A stretch of DNA of 64,000 nucleotides. It comes from Hypanus sabinus. Taxonomy: Eukaryota. Below are positions 25,655 through 39,705 of the stretch, piece by piece (the stretch's first letter is position 1; each line of letters opens with the position of its first letter). Where the stretch lies: assembly GCF_030144855.1 (NCBI RefSeq), contig NC_082732.1, forward strand, positions 24,862,001 to 24,926,000, written 5' to 3'. The position numbers and the translations under genes are program-made. Below the pieces are notes generated by a model that saw only the letters and a list, made by a program, of their open reading frames with translations, was not told where the DNA came from and ran no database searches.

Positions 25655-26476
25655 GTATGTATTGATACTGGCTGGCATATTAAGATGACGTATATATCCA
25701 TCTAATCTCCTTTAACTGTTGCTTTATCACATGGAAGATAGCCACAGCTTCTCCAGTTTAATTTTAACTCAAGTCCACCATCTTAACTAATCTGATAAAT
25801 AATTAGATGCCGGGGTCGTATCACCAGGATGTTGACAAAAATTAATTGGGTCTGATTGTGATTTAAGCTCTGAATTTGGGGGGGGAGAGGGGAATTAATC
25901 TTATATTGATACTGTTTTCTTTTAATAGTGATTTTTTGAAATATTTCAAGTGAATATGGGTGCTTGGTTGCAGATGGAGAGTAAAGAAACCAAGCGTGTA
26001 TATGAATGTAAAAATCTAGCAAGCATTAATTCCGCTACTGCCAATATACTGTATATTAAGGACATTAATCTTGATGAGTGTCTGATATTGAATGGTTAAA
26101 ATGTCAGCTACTGTCTTAGTGGAAATGAGTTCTTGGGAAAGTTCTCAAGTATATTTCTACATGAGAAAAAAGCACAGCATTCACTTGTAATGGATGGGTC
26201 ATTTTGAAAAATACTTCAGAAATGTCTCTTTTTATTGTAACCATCACGTTTCCAAACCAGTTCTAAAGCAAGCATTAATTTCCAAATCTGAGGGAAAAAA
26301 ATTGCAGTTCTCACTCAACCAGCTACAGCTTTGTGCAATTTTCTTCTGAATTGCTGTTTTCTGCTCTGCTCTTTCCTCATCGAAGATGGTGCCTTCAAGA
26401 TTTTGTTGCATAAATTTTACTTTTAGAATGCATGGATTCAGTAGTCTCATGATGCTTTTGTTTCTTTCAAATCTAG

Positions 26477-26579
26477 GTGGTCTTTATCATGGGAAGCTAG
26501 TTTTCCCAAGAGAATTTCCATTCAAACCACCTAGTATTTATATGATTACACCTAATGGAAGATTCAAGTGTAATACCCG
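26477..26579 (+). CDS. UBE2J2: UBE2J2 coding exon 3
   Basis: (G)[33 protein letters not shown](R); bounded by AG and GTAAGG. Confidence 0.97.
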
Positions 26580-27869
26580 GTAAGGAACAATGTATAAAGT
26601 CTTGAGGTTTTCACTAGTTGCATGAAACTAAAAGAAACTTGAGTTCTTTTTAACATAAAACATAAAAATAAAACATTTCAATGGTTTCTGTTCTTTCCTC
26701 TGTAGTTTGCAATATACATTAAACCTGTTATTTTTTATTATAAAAATGGTGTTTGTGTTTTCCAAATAGGCCCAAAACTGAGCCTTAATCATTTTCTAGT
26801 ATTGCTGGAAGGACATGTGTTTTTATTTCTATTGCATGTCCAGAAGGCTATGTAATTTTTATTAAGGTAAAGAGTCTTACCAAACATTTCTTTTGTGCAT
26901 CGTCGGCCATTGAGGCTGTTTTCTGTTAATTAGAGTTTTCTCCAAGGATTCTTTCCCAACATTCAATGCATAAAGGTACTTCATTGGTAAGCTCCGACTT
27001 CAAGTTAGCTAGAATTATTCCTGTGTGAAAAGAATCTTGCAGCATATGTATGCTGATAAACTCGTATTCTGCCTGGTAGACTAACTGGAAATGCAGAAAG
27101 AAAGTTGCTCTGTGCTCTTCTGATCTATCTGGCCAGTTATGTTTTCCATACTATATATTTGTAAGTAAAACAAGGGGAAGCAAACATTTAACCAGTTTAC
27201 ATTAAAATCTTTCATGCATCACCGATCTGTTGGATCATAAATATTTTAAAGCATTATTAATGTTCATAATTTAGGAAACCTATCAAGGAAATGTTTTAAC
27301 TAAACATTTGGTGTTTAACTAGCACAAGCTTGGCAATGAAGATATTAATTTTCAAAGCATTTTTCACTTGAGCTTCTCTTGGGCCTAAATGAATAATTGG
27401 AAAATCAAGTATTTTCATACTTGGGATGTAAAACGTCGGGTAGATCAATAGTCTGCCTGACAGATTTTCACTAAAAGGTATTTTACCACCTGAAACAAAA
27501 CAAGTTTCCAATATGAAATGATAAACCCTAAAAGGCCCCTAGCTAAAACAATTAGCTGCTTCCTGCAACCTATAAACAACTTTAATATCCTTATCTATTG
27601 TTTATAAATGTGCCTGAATAACTTGTCCATTGAAGTTTTACTACTGGCTGGTTACAGTTAGTGAAGTCATCAGCTCCCCAGCTACCAGAATCCCAATGAA
27701 TATTACTAAGATTCCTTCATTGTTAATCAGAATTTTTATCTTTTATTTAATTTTCAATTTATTCATAACTTGCTGTTCTAAATATTAAACTTTTGAGGGA
27801 TGCAGAATGTAGGTAAGTTTATTTTTCCCTGATAGGAAGTAAGGATACATGAGATGAAGGCATTCCTGG

Positions 27870-30056
27870 GCTTGTAAATGAGAGCCCTGGGCTTGTTCAT
27901 TTTTCCCCCAAACGGTAATAAGGATATGACCTACAAGTTGCAACGGGAGAAGGAAAATGCATGCCAAAAGGACAGTGTTACAATAGTCATTGGGGTACTT
28001 CAATATGCAAGTCTGGGGAAATCAGATTGGTGTTGGATTACAGGAGGGAGAATTTCTACAGTATCAACAAGTTGGCTTTTTGGAGCAGCTCGTGTTGAGG
28101 GCACCAGAGGATCAGCTATTCTGGATTGGGTGTTCTGCAGTAAGCCAAAATTAATTAGGGACCAAGGTAAAACAACCCCTGGGGGCAAGTGATCATAATA
28201 TGATCAGTTTCACCCTGAAATTTGAGAAGAGGCATCTCAAAAGTCATTAAGAAGGTAAAGATGAAATATGTAGTAGCCAATAGTATTAAAGAGGATAGCA
28301 AAAGTTTCATCAGAAACATTAAGTGTAAAAGAGGCGAGAGTGGATATCGGACCACTAGAAAATTATGTTGGAGAGGTAGTAATGGGGAACAATGAAATAG
28401 TGGACAAACTGAATAAGTACTTTGCATCAGTATTCACTGTGGAAGACAGTAGTAGTATAGTGAAAGTTCCAGGTGTCGAGAGAGAAAGTTCTTGGAAAAC
28501 TGAAAGGTCTGAAGGTAGATACGTCACTCGGACCAGGTGGTGTACACCCCAGAGTTCTGAAGGAAGTTGCTGGAGAGATCATGGAGACATTAGTAACAAT
28601 CTTTCAAGAATCACCAGATTCTGGAAGACTGGAAAATTGCAAATGTTACTCCACTCTTCAAGAATGGAGAGAGACAGAAGGAAGGGAACCATAGGCCAGT
28701 AGTGTCTGACCTCAGTGGTTGGGAAGATGTTGGAGTCGATTATTAGGGACAGAGTCTCGGTACTTAGAGGCACATGATAAAATGTGCTATAGTCAGCCTG
28801 GTTTCCTGGAGGGAAAATCTTGCCTGACGAATCTGTTGGAATTATTTGAAGAAATGACAATCAGGATAGACAAAGGGGAATTTGTTAATATTGTGTATTT
28901 GGATTTTCAGAAGGCCTTTAACAAGGTGCCACACGAGGCTGCTAACAATCTATGAGCCCATGGTATTACAGAAAGATTCTAGCTTGGATAAAGCAGTGAC
29001 TGATTGGAAGGAGGAAAGTGTGGGAATAAAGGGAGCCTTTTCTGACAGGCTGCCAGTGACCAGTAGTATTCCACAGTGGTGTGTGATGGGACCAATTCTT
29101 TTTATGTTATATGTCGATGATTTGGATGATGGAATTGAGGGCTTTGTTGCAAAGTTTGCAGATGACATGAAGATAGGTGGAGGGGCAGGTAGTTTTGAGG
29201 AAGTAGAGAGGCTACAGAAGGACTTGGACAGATTAGGAAAATGGGTAAAGAAGTGGCAGATGGAGTGCAATGCCAGGAAGTGTATGGTCATGCGTTTTGG
29301 TAGAAGAAATGAAAGGGTTGACTATTTTCTAAATGGGGAGAAAATACAAAAAAGCTGAGGTGCAAAGGGATTTGGGAGCCCTTGTGCAAGATTCACTAAA
29401 GGTTAATGTCTGTGGTGAGGAAGGAAATACCATGTTAGCATTCGTTTCAAGAGGACTAGAATATAAAACCAAGGAAGTAATGTTGAAACTTTATAAAGCT
29501 CTGGTGAGGCCCCACTTGGAGTATTGAGAGCAGCTTTGAGCCCCTTAACTCGGAAAGTATGTGCTGAAACTAGGTTCAAAGGAGATTCACAAAAAGTGAT
29601 TCCAGGATTGAATGGTTTGTCATATGAAGAGTGTTTGATGGCTCTGGGTCTGTATTCACTAAATTCAGAAGAATGAGGGGCGACCTCATTGAAATCTCTC
29701 GTATGGTGAAAGGTCTGATAGAGTGGATGTGGGGAGGATATTTCCTGTGGTGAGAGAGTCTAAAACCAGAGGTCACAGCCTCAGAATAGAGGAGAGTCCT
29801 TTTAAAATGGAGATGAGGGGGAATTTCTTTAGCCAGAGGGTGATGAATCTGGAATTCTTTGTCTCAGGGGGCTATGGAGGACCAGTCTTTGTGTATATTT
29901 AAGACAGGTTGAGAGATTCCTGATTGGTCAGGGTATGAAGGGATATGAAGACAGGAGATTGGGCTGAGAGGAAAATTGGATCAGACATGATGAAATGGCA
30001 GAGTCATCTGAACGGACCAAATGGCCTAATTCTGCTCCTATATCTTATGGTCTTAT
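27870..30056 (+). mobile_element. Degenerate CR1 LINE in a UBE2J2 intron
   Basis: YFASVFTVED, GPGGVHPRVLKE, KSCLTNLLE, YLDFQKAF and KFADD motifs; tail tcttatggtcttat. Confidence 0.93.
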
Positions 30057-31097
30057 TTCATCTTTGGCTAGTGATTGGAAGAATATCTAAAGGTGGGGAG
30101 AGAAAAGTAAATAATGCAAGGAGCTTCAGAATTTTAGGTGTTTTTTTTTGCAAAACTGAGCTGAGGTTTGTAGAGCCCACTGTATATTAATGTTTTACAA
30201 GGTTATGGTTATTTTTGCAGATGTGTGTTTCAGCTTAATAATAAATTTGGTAAAACATTAAGATGAAATTGAAAAGAATTTTGCAAAGAGTTTTGTGGAT
30301 CCATTTGTCATTTTCAACTTGGATGTTTGGAATTTTGGCCAAACTTAAAGCTGAAGTCAATGTTTTTAATTGCAGCGGTATGATTTCATTTTATTTTTAA
30401 TATGAACAAATTACCTTCTTATCTAGATGTTTTAAAAAGTGTTTTTGGTTTTGCATTATATGGAAGGGTTTATATATTTTCCATATATATGGAAGAAATA
30501 ATAGCTACAAGTTTCCATCTATAAATTCACAATTAATGCTCATTACAAAATTAAAATCCTAGGTTTCATGCAGTCTTCCACATAATAGTCATTAGGAATA
30601 CTCTGTGGCTGCATTGTTTCATATTTGGATTTCTAGTAATGCTTTTAACTTCCCCTCTTTGTCAGCTATTTGGATTTCAGTCTGTTGAGACACCTCTGTT
30701 TCCCATTACTTTTATGCAGACTCAGGCACACATCTTAGTTCTTGTACATCTTTTGAAATAGGCTGTTGCAGAATTTATAGTTTTCTAACATCTCTAGAAT
30801 AAAACTTGTGTTCATTAAACTCTCAGATTATTTATTTTCCATCACCTTACCTTCACTCCAAAACCAGAGCACTGTTTATTAAAAGAGCTTTTGTAGCTCA
30901 TTTTGCTTTAACTGGTCATAGGAAGTTTTACACTGTACTTTATTACCTCAAGTAGCTAGTTATGTACATATTTTCTTTTATTTAAAAAAAACTTTAGATT
31001 CTACAGATTAAGAATGCCAAAGGAAACTTCTGATTTGAGAAGCTACGTAGCACAAATTGAAAAAGAATAAACTTTAGCAAACAATTTTTCTTTGCAG

Positions 31098-31236
31098 GTT
31101 ATGTCTTTCAATCACTGATTTCCATCCAGATACTTGGAACCCAGCCTGGTCTGTTTCCACAATCCTGACGGGTCTCCTTAGCTTCATGGTGGAGAAAGGC
31201 CCTACACTGGGCAGTATCGAAACTTCAGAATATACA
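31098..31236 (+). CDS. UBE2J2: UBE2J2 coding exon 4 (contains the catalytic Cys)
   Basis: (R)LCLSITDFHPDTWNPAWSVSTILTGLLSFMVEKGPTLGSIETSEYT; acceptor tttgcag, donor GTGAGT. Confidence 0.97.
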
Positions 31237-32770
31237 GTGAGTTCTTAATATTCTCAAGATTTTGAGTTCATACATTTTGAACTCTGTAGTGGGCCTTCAT
31301 GACATTCCAAATAGAATCTTGCCTAGTTTTCTTTGTTAATTTAGATGAAATTTCTCCCCAGATAGAAAGTGCAATTTAATTTGATATTTTTTTTGTTCTT
31401 CTTGTAACTGGCATCTCACTGACTAAAAGTAATGGGCCCACATGGAACTGTAATAAACCATTTAGTGTTCTGAATTCAAGGATTCAACTGCCATAGTTAT
31501 GCAAAGTAAAGCTTTTGAGTGGTATAGATGGGTAAATGAGTTTTTTTTGCAGGTTTCTCTAATATCCATTTTAGTAAGGGCTTATTAATATGTGATAGTT
31601 CTAAAAATCACAAGATTAGTACCAAATTAACATTGTTACTTTTCACTGTTTTCTTAAAACATTACAACTTAAAGCAGCCTGTTCATTTGTTAAGACATGG
31701 GGTGGGAGTGGGGGAAAGCAAGCTAATTTGTACCTAAGTTGCCTAGTTATGATAGTAGCCATTACCTTGTGCTAATTTTTAAGTGCTAAGTGAAGGTTTT
31801 TTGGTTTTGATTGTATTTCTGTAAATGTTTGTTATAATTTATTTTGCTCCAATCAACGTAATGTTTAAAATCTGTGAAACAAAAGTATTTCAGTTAGCAG
31901 GATCTCTACAATGTATTCAATAAGTACAATAAACCCTGCTGTGAAGCTTGAGGCATGCTATATGTCATGAGGTTTTGCTAGCCAAACTGCATTCTATTGC
32001 AATTTTAAAAGTAAAACCCACTTTCTGAACCCACTTATTTAGATATTATGAACTCTGAATATTATATGATGCTAGATCCACATACCTGGATCAAACCGGT
32101 TAGAATTTTCTTTTGGGTCAAGTACTTTTGATGAGCAAGGGGAAGGAGAGAAGACTGGTCATAGGTTGCAGAAAGGAAGGCATGGAATGAAGACCCAATA
32201 TTTTATTGTCCCAATATTTTACTCTGTGGAGGGAGATCAAATATGAAGACCAGAGTGTGGCCCTACAACGAAGAGTGTAGTTGCAATGTGTGCTGAAAAG
32301 TTTTTTTGTCAAATTCTCTGGGAAGAAAAATTGGAACTGAAATTCAAATCTGTCATGGGATGCAGATTAGTGTCAAAATGTACTTATTTGAGTGTAAGGG
32401 TGAAGTTTGAATAGAGGGATGTTTAGATGGAATTATTTGATAAAATGTGCACGGCTGAAGCAGGGAAAACCTCTGGATTGAATTTGGGCTTTGTGTGAGA
32501 CAATGTTGTATTCAGAAGGCCCTGCTGCCTGATGTGTAGTGTCATTTAAAGTTTTTTTTAAATCCATTACTTTTTGTAGATGGTAACAGTAGTGAATGCC
32601 TGGCGAGTGGTGAGATGCTTCCAATGTTTTGTTCTTCTTTACAAAGGTTATTTATGACAGAACTCTAATGCTGATGTGCTTTAATTTGGGGGGGGGGGGG
32701 AACAATTTTTAAGAATTTCTAGCAGCAATCATAACTCATCCTTGAACTAATTTTGATTTCTTTTTGGCAG

Positions 32771-32851
32771 AAAAGACAACTTGCTGCCCAGAGCAGTGCC
32801 TTTAATCTAAAGGATAAAGTGTTTTGTGAGCTCTTCCCAGACTTAGTGGAG
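32771..32851 (+). CDS. UBE2J2: UBE2J2 coding exon 5
   Basis: KRQLAAQSSAFNLKDKVFCELFPDLVE; acceptor tttttggcag, donor GTGAGA. Confidence 0.96.
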
Positions 32852-34033
32852 GTGAGAATTCATGGAACTTTAGAATTAAAGCACTAAATGTATCGTTAAT
32901 CTTGGGACTTTGCATGTATAAAATGTTTTAAAATGAACTAGTCAATCGTGATATAGACAAAATGTTGTTTCAGAAATCATATTAAGAATGGTAATATTCT
33001 TAATGGCTTAATTTTGAAGTATTTAAATACTTTAATTCATTGCACACACATTTTATGTCAATCTGTAAAGAACTTGTAGTCGGGGAAGTTAGGGCAACTA
33101 AAAAAGTAACGATGTGAGAAATGAAGACGTGTATGAAGGTAAGCTAGCTAATAATAAGGTTCCCTAAATGTTAACATGTAGATTGTGTCGGTATTTTAAG
33201 GAAGGCAAATGCAACATTTGCATTCATTTTGAGAGAACTCAAGTGTAAAAGCAAGGGTGTGATGCTGACCACAATAATTTGATTACTTTTGGAGTATGAG
33301 AGGCATTTTGAGTCCCGCATCTAAGGATGAATGTGCTGAAGTTAAGGTCCAGAAAAAGTTTATGAGAATGATCCAGGCTTAATAGAAGTAAAAATCAGAA
33401 TGTTGAATTGGAACTGGTGTATAGGAAAGTTATAAAAAAAATAACAGATGACTTTAATAGTAGGATGGAGCATGTTGTTAGGAAATATTAGTAACTCCAC
33501 ATTTGGGGTGATCTGGCAAATGCAGAGTTTCTAACATTTGGTGGGTAACCAATAGCCAACTCTCCACTCGTCCTTCCTTTGGGAAGAAGAATCAAAGGGA
33601 GGCAGTTGTCATTCTGTAATCCTGGACACAGTCTGGTGATTGTAATTGTCATCTGGGAAAACATGAATGCTGATAATTATTTTGAAATCAAGCCTAGCAA
33701 TGTGTTATGAAATGCTTGAAGCCGATTCCAAGTATGAAAGGTTATGATGAGACTAAACATTGAAAGTTTCAATTTTTTTTTGAAGGAACTAGTTTAGAAG
33801 TAGGGTGGTGTTTGAGCATAATTTGTAATCAATAGTTTTTGTTTGTTTTTTCTTCTCCCAAGGTATACTATAGTTTGTCACACTTGAAAGTTGGTTTTGG
33901 GCCAATGCATGGTGGTAGAGAATCTTGCTCAACATTTTTCTAGGATGAGATTATGGTTCAAGGGACGAAGTACCAATGAAAAGAACCCAGGAGCTTCCAA
34001 ATCATTGCATAACATATATCTTTATGCCTCCAG

Positions 34034-34309
34034 GAAATAAAAGAAAAGCAACGGGCACAAGAACTAAGTAACAGAGCGCAGGCTCTGCCTTTACCTGATG
34101 TTATCCCTGATGGAGAAATGCACCAGAATGGTATGCCACTTCTTAATGGGCATGCAGTACTACCAGCTGCCAACCATCAAGGCCTTCAACAGGCCAACCG
34201 AAACCATGGACTCCTAGGGGGAGCTTTAGCAAACTTGTTCGTCATTGTTGGTTTTGCAGCATTTGCCTACACAGTGAAATATGTGTTACGAAGCATAGCA
34301 CAAGAATAA
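34034..34309 (+). CDS. UBE2J2: UBE2J2 terminal coding exon with C-terminal ER tail anchor
   Basis: EIKEKQRAQE...HGLLGGALANLFVIVGFAAFAYTVKYVLRSIAQE*. Exons sum to 771 nt = 256 aa plus stop. Confidence 0.97.
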   Translation, partial: EIKEKQRAQELSNRAQALPLPDVIPDGEMHQNGMPLLNGHAVLPAANHQGLQQANRNHGLLGGALANLFVIVGFAAFAYTVKYVLRSIAQE

Positions 34310-36409
34310 AGCTGGCGATGTGACCAAACTTGCAAGCAAATCTATCCCCTTTTGGGGAAACTTTGCAGAAGAGGAAAGACTAAGACTGCGCTAGAGTGAT
34401 GTAATTAAAATTACATTTGTATATGTACAAAATATGACCAACCAGAGCCTGTGGTTTTCTTTCAAGTGAATGGATCAATGAAGCTAACAAATAATTCAAG
34501 AATATGCAGAAGGTTCGGATTTACTGCGCTGGTCATGTGTACTTTACAGTGGGTGACCAATAGTATGCCTCTAATTATGATTGTCAAACTAGCATTATTT
34601 TGAAAAGGGGCATGTTTTGCAGCGACATTTTCAGATTTTAATTGTTTACTTCAATGATTAAAGATATCTACCCCAGCGTAAATGACTTTTTAATGTATTT
34701 ATATTACTGTTGTATTTAGACTATACTGGAAGTATTTCTGGGATAATACAATATAAAAAGTGAATGCTGAGCAAAGTAAAACTGGGTATGAACTTAAGTA
34801 GTTTTAAAATAGTTACTTTTTATTTTAATAAAATGATGAAAGGCAATTGTGGTCGTCCAGTGCAAAATAAGTGGCCGCCTGAGAGATCAAGACCTTATGC
34901 ACATTCCTACAAGCAAATTAGAAGCTTTTCTTCATTAAGTTTAATGGATAATCCTTCCCTAAACTGTCAGGGAAGCCATCATTTTTGTAATTGATTTCCT
35001 GAAATGCTCAATGCACTATTTGTGTTGCTGAAAATGATGCTGTAATGGAAATAATTATTTAATCAGTTATTTCTGGAAGATAGTTATGTTTTTTCCTCAC
35101 TACACCACCTTTGGAATTTAGCAATACAGTTTTTCAAAACAACCTGCACAGAATTTTTACTGGGCTTAATATTTAGAGATTTAATTGCAATTTACTAGTT
35201 TAATGAGACAAGCCTTTGAAATGTCTTGTTCCATTTTCATGAGTGGCATTAGATGTTAAAATAGGATATTTGGAATTTTAAATTTCATCTCTAGCAAGCA
35301 ATAGAAATTAGATTAGATTTTTCACTTGGTTGAAGAACAGTGCAATTTTGTCAAATTCATGTAATCCCCTGGATATTGATATATACCTGTCCTACTCTGC
35401 TCTATTGAGCAGGTTATGCATAATTGCAGCAACCATGTTATAAATGACGACTAATTAAAATTACAGAATATATTAGTGGTATCATTTGTCTTTAATACGT
35501 AGAGACCCGAAGAGAGCCTAAAAATCTTCCAGAAATCATAGTTAATTTCCTAACAAGATTGGTGTTATTGTAAGTGTAAAGTCCATGATTTTATTCTGAA
35601 AGTATCGAGTAGGGAAATGTTTGTCATATAAAGTTTCTATGGTTCTACCTTATAATGTGCAAAATATCTGTCAAGTCTTTGGAAAGTGTTTTTTGAAAGC
35701 TGCTCTGGAATTGAGAAAGTGTTGGTGACTATATTTTGGAATTATTGAAACAGAACAATAGAAAGATGGTGCAAGTTAATTAAACTGACAAGCATACTTT
35801 GCAAGGCCTCTACCTAATTCATACAACTATTAATATGAATTTATGGATATTTTCCTTTTAAAGCTAAAAGCCCCCAACATAAATATCTAGAAATCATTAA
35901 TGAGCCTTGCCAGGAAAGATCTATATAGAACTTCAAAAAAAAAAGTTGACTTCAGTATATGGTAGGTTTATGTTCTGATCTGTGTTTCAGTTTGTAAAAT
36001 CAATAAATTCTTTTATCACACAAAACTATAAATGCAACTGTTCCATTTTTATGCCAAATTTTTCACCAATCAGTCTTTGTTACTGTTATCGGATGACATG
36101 AAGCAATGAGCAAAGATTGTTGGGCACCTCAGATTGTTAGAAGGAAAGTCGTCATGTCTCCCAAGATCTTGTGTTCTGAGCTCGTATTTACCATATACTA
36201 GGTGCTGAATATGGGCTGAGGAAATTAATCTGGTTTGTTCAAGTAACCAAATAAGTGGCACGGCAAATTGAGAGTTTAAAATTTGAGAGGAATGTTGACC
36301 ATAGACAAAGAAGGGTATAGCAGCAGATTTAGAAGGGAAATGTGTATGTCAAATGTTTAATAGTGACTATACTGAAGTTCTTAATGAGAAGGGACTGCAG
36401 CAAACAAAA

Positions 36410-36748
36410 TAGAACTTTCAAAGTAAGTTTATTATCAAAGGACATGTATGTCACCATGTACAACCCTGAGATTCATTTTCTTGTGGGCATGCGCAGTAAA
36501 ATCCAGGAAGCTCAATAGAATCAATGAAAGACTGACAGGACGGACAGACAACCAATATGCAAAGACAGCAAACTGCCAAATGGCGGCTGTCGTCTCTGCA
36601 AATTTCGTGGCGTTTTTTTGCCCAGCTGATACGATAAACTGATATTGAGGCTTGGGCCTACTCTAGCTCTTCCAGTGAGTGGATCTAAGGGAACAGTCTG
36701 GTTCAGAATGCTGTTGTTTGCGTGGTGTTTGTGTGTGTGTGTTTTTTC

Positions 36749-36788
<40 letters not shown>

Positions 36789-37100
36789 GCTTATGGCTTT
36801 TTTTTTAAATAGGGTTCTTCAGGTTTCTTCCTTTGTGGCTGCCTGTAAGTAAACAAATCTTAAGGAGTTTAATTTGTGCATACTTTGATAATGTACTTTG
36901 AATCTTGAAATACAAAATTTAAAATGAATAATAAATATTGAGCACGAGATGAAGAGTCCTTAGAAGTGAGTCCATATGTTATAGAAACGGTTCAGAAATG
37001 GGGTGAGTGAAGTTGTCCCCTCTGATTCAAGAGCCTGATGGTTGCAGGATAATAATTGCTCCAAAATATGGTAGTGTGGGTCCTGAGGTTCTTGTACCAG
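36410..37100 (-). mobile_element. Rex1-related 3' end fragment with a nested opposite-strand copy (about 36580-36910)
   Basis: Reverse complement of the gaatctcagggttgta...ttgataataaa...tttgaa tail; a + strand version of the same tail ends near 36908. Confidence 0.55.
36752..36782. repeat. (TC)n microsatellite
   Basis: About 15 TC units. Confidence 0.9.
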
Positions 37101-37159
37101 AAGCATTAACATCCCTAGTGAGATGAAGTGCTTCTAGTGTTTGGTGATGAAATGTCAAC

Positions 37160-38365
37160 TCCCGCCTGCAAAGTGACTTGGATCCACTCAGGTTTGCCTA
37201 CTGTCAAAACAGGTCAACAGCAGATGCCATTTCATTGGCACTTCACTCAACCCCGGAACTGGAACATCTGGCCAGTGAAGGTACATACATCAGGATGCTT
37301 TTCATTGACTCAGTTCTGCAGTTAAGACTATCATAACTGTAAAATTAATCAACAAGCTCCAACATCTAGGCCTCAATGCCTCCTTGTGCAACTGGATCTT
37401 CAATTTCCTCACTTGCAGACCCCAGTCAGTTCTGGTTGAAAACATTTCCCCAATCTCCTTCAGCAAAGGTGCACCACTGTCATTGGCCAAACCACATCTG
37501 GTGGTGAATCAGCATATAGGAGGGAGATTGAAAATCTGGTTGAGGGGTGATACAACAGCCTCTCACTCAAGGTCAGCAAGACCAAGGAGCTGATTATTGA
37601 CTACAGACAGAGGTCCATGAGCCAGTACTTATCCGGGGATCAGAGGTAGAGAGGGTCAGCAATTTTAAATTCCTTGGTGGTGTCATTTCATAGGATCTGT
37701 CCTGTGTCCAATACGTAAGTGCCACTACAAAGGAAGCACAGCAATGTCTCCTCAGAAGTTTGCAAAGATTCGACATGTCATCTAAAACTTTGACAAACTT
37801 TTATAGATGTGCAGTGAAGAGTATTCTGACTGGTTGCATCACAGCCTGGTATTGAAACATCAATGCCCTTGAATGGAAAAGTCCACAAAAAATAGTGGAT
37901 ACAGACCAGTCCTTCCTGGTAAAGCCCTCCCCACCGTTGAGCACAACCACAAAGAGTGCTGTCATAGGAATGCACTATCCATCATCAAGGACACCACCAT
38001 CCAGGCCTGCTGCCATCAGGAAGGAGGTATAGGAGCCTCAGGACCCACACCACAGTTGTCACCCTTCAACCATCTTGAATGAAAGGGGATATCATCACTC
38101 GCCTCTTCACTGAACTGTTCCCTCAACCTATGGACTCACTTTCAAGGACTCTTTATCTCATGTTCTTGATATTTATTTTGCTTATTTATTTTTTATGTAT
38201 TGCACTTGCACAGTTTTGTTGTATTTTGCACATTGGTTGTACATCTGTCTTGCTGTGTGAAGTTTTTCATGGATTCTATTGTGTTTGGATTTACTGTGAA
38301 TGCCTGAAAGAAAACAAATCTCGGACTTGGCATATGTACTTCGGGGAAAAGAAACTTTGAACTTT
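37160..38365 (+). mobile_element. Rex1/Babar-type LINE 3' part
   Basis: Homologous to 20450-21140 (CNWIFNFLTCRPQSV motif, same 3' UTR, actttga tail). Confidence 0.8.
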
Positions 38366-38389
38366 GAGGAGAAGAAATGTACCTGGAGT

Positions 38390-38820
38390 TGGAAATTTCT
38401 TCTCCCTTCTCTTTTTCCACTTCCCATTCTGATTACCCTCTCAACTGTTCTCATCACCTACCTATCACCACCTTCTAGTTCTCCTTCCCTTTCTTCAATA
38501 GTTCACTGACCTCTCCTATTCGATTCCTCCTTCAACCCTTTACTAGTTCCATCTATTCCCTCCTCTCTTCATCACCCCTCAACCAACTGCCCACTTTTCC
38601 TCATCACTCTCCTATCACTTGCCAGGTTTTACTACTTCCTTCCTTCCCCCGGCCCTTCATTCTGGCTTCTGCCCCCTTCCTTTCCATTCCTGAACAAGGC
38701 CTCAGCCTGAAACACCCACTGTTTATTTCACTCCTCAGTTACCGCCCGACTTGCTGAGGTCCGCCAGCATTGTGTGCGTGTTACCTAAGATTTTCAGCAT
38801 TAGCAGAATCTCTTGTGTTT
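38390..38820 (+). mobile_element. Penelope-like pseudo-LTR / 3' UTR fragment
   Basis: Pyrimidine-rich tract, decayed hammerhead (about 38686-38721) and the shared cttgctgag...cagcattgtgtgcgtgtt terminal segment. Confidence 0.65.
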
Positions 38821-38889
38821 ATGTATTACCACCTAATTCCCTGTAGTTCAGATCACATTGGCAGTGTGATTAGCCCATGGCCATTATTG

Positions 38890-39705
38890 TGTGAGTGGGA
38901 TGCCTTCAGTGCATCTGTTCCTTGGATGAAACTTTCCTTTCCAGGACATCAGAGATGTCCCCCTCCAAAGAATAGGGTTTTCCTTCCTCCACCATTGATG
39001 CTGCCCCCACCTGCCTCTCCTCCAATGCCCAGACATCAACACTCACCCCATCTTCCCCCCACGTTAATAAGGATAGATTTCCTCTTGTCCTCACCTACCA
39101 CCTAATGAGCCTCTACATCCAATACATCATTCTCCGTAACTTCTGCAATCTTCATCAGGACCCTGCCACCAAACAGATCTTTACCTCCCCTGCCCCCAAT
39201 CTCCGCATTTTGTAGTAATCATTCCTCCCATTCATCCCTCTCCATTTATCCCTGGCACTTATCCCTGCAAGCAGAAGAAGTGCTACATCTGCCGATTCAC
39301 CACCTCCTTCACATCCATTCAGGACCCCAAACAGTCCTTCCAAGTGAGGCAACGCTTCCCCTGTAAATTTGTCTAGGTCGTCTTCTGTATCTGATGCTTC
39401 AAATATGGCCTCCTCTACATTGGTGAGACCCAATATAGGTTGGGGAACCACTTTGTACACCTCTGCTCCATCCACAAAAGTTTTAGACAATTTTCCAGTG
39501 GCCAAACATTTCAATTCCTATCCCCATTCCCATTCTGACATGTCAATCCATGGCCTCCTCTTCTGACACAATGAAGTCTCTCTCATGTTGAGGAGCAACA
39601 CCTTATATTCTGTCTCGGTAGCCTCCAACCTGATGGCATGAACATTGATCTCTCCAACTTCCAGTAATACTTTTCCTCTCCCACCTTCTCTTTATCATTT
39701 CCCCA
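38890..39705 (+). mobile_element. Penelope-like element remnant (RT thumb/linker plus GIY-YIG endonuclease)
   Basis: Decayed frames read PLVLTYH, GTYPCKQKKCYIC, GLLYIGET, PVAKHFNS..HSHSDMSIHGL and EEQHLIFCLGSLQPDGMNID. Confidence 0.85.

Noticed and set aside
38686-38721. Functional hammerheads at 38686 and 46138
   Set aside because: Core residues are mutated (CTGAACA; CCAATGA with AAAA), so they are treated as decayed relics.
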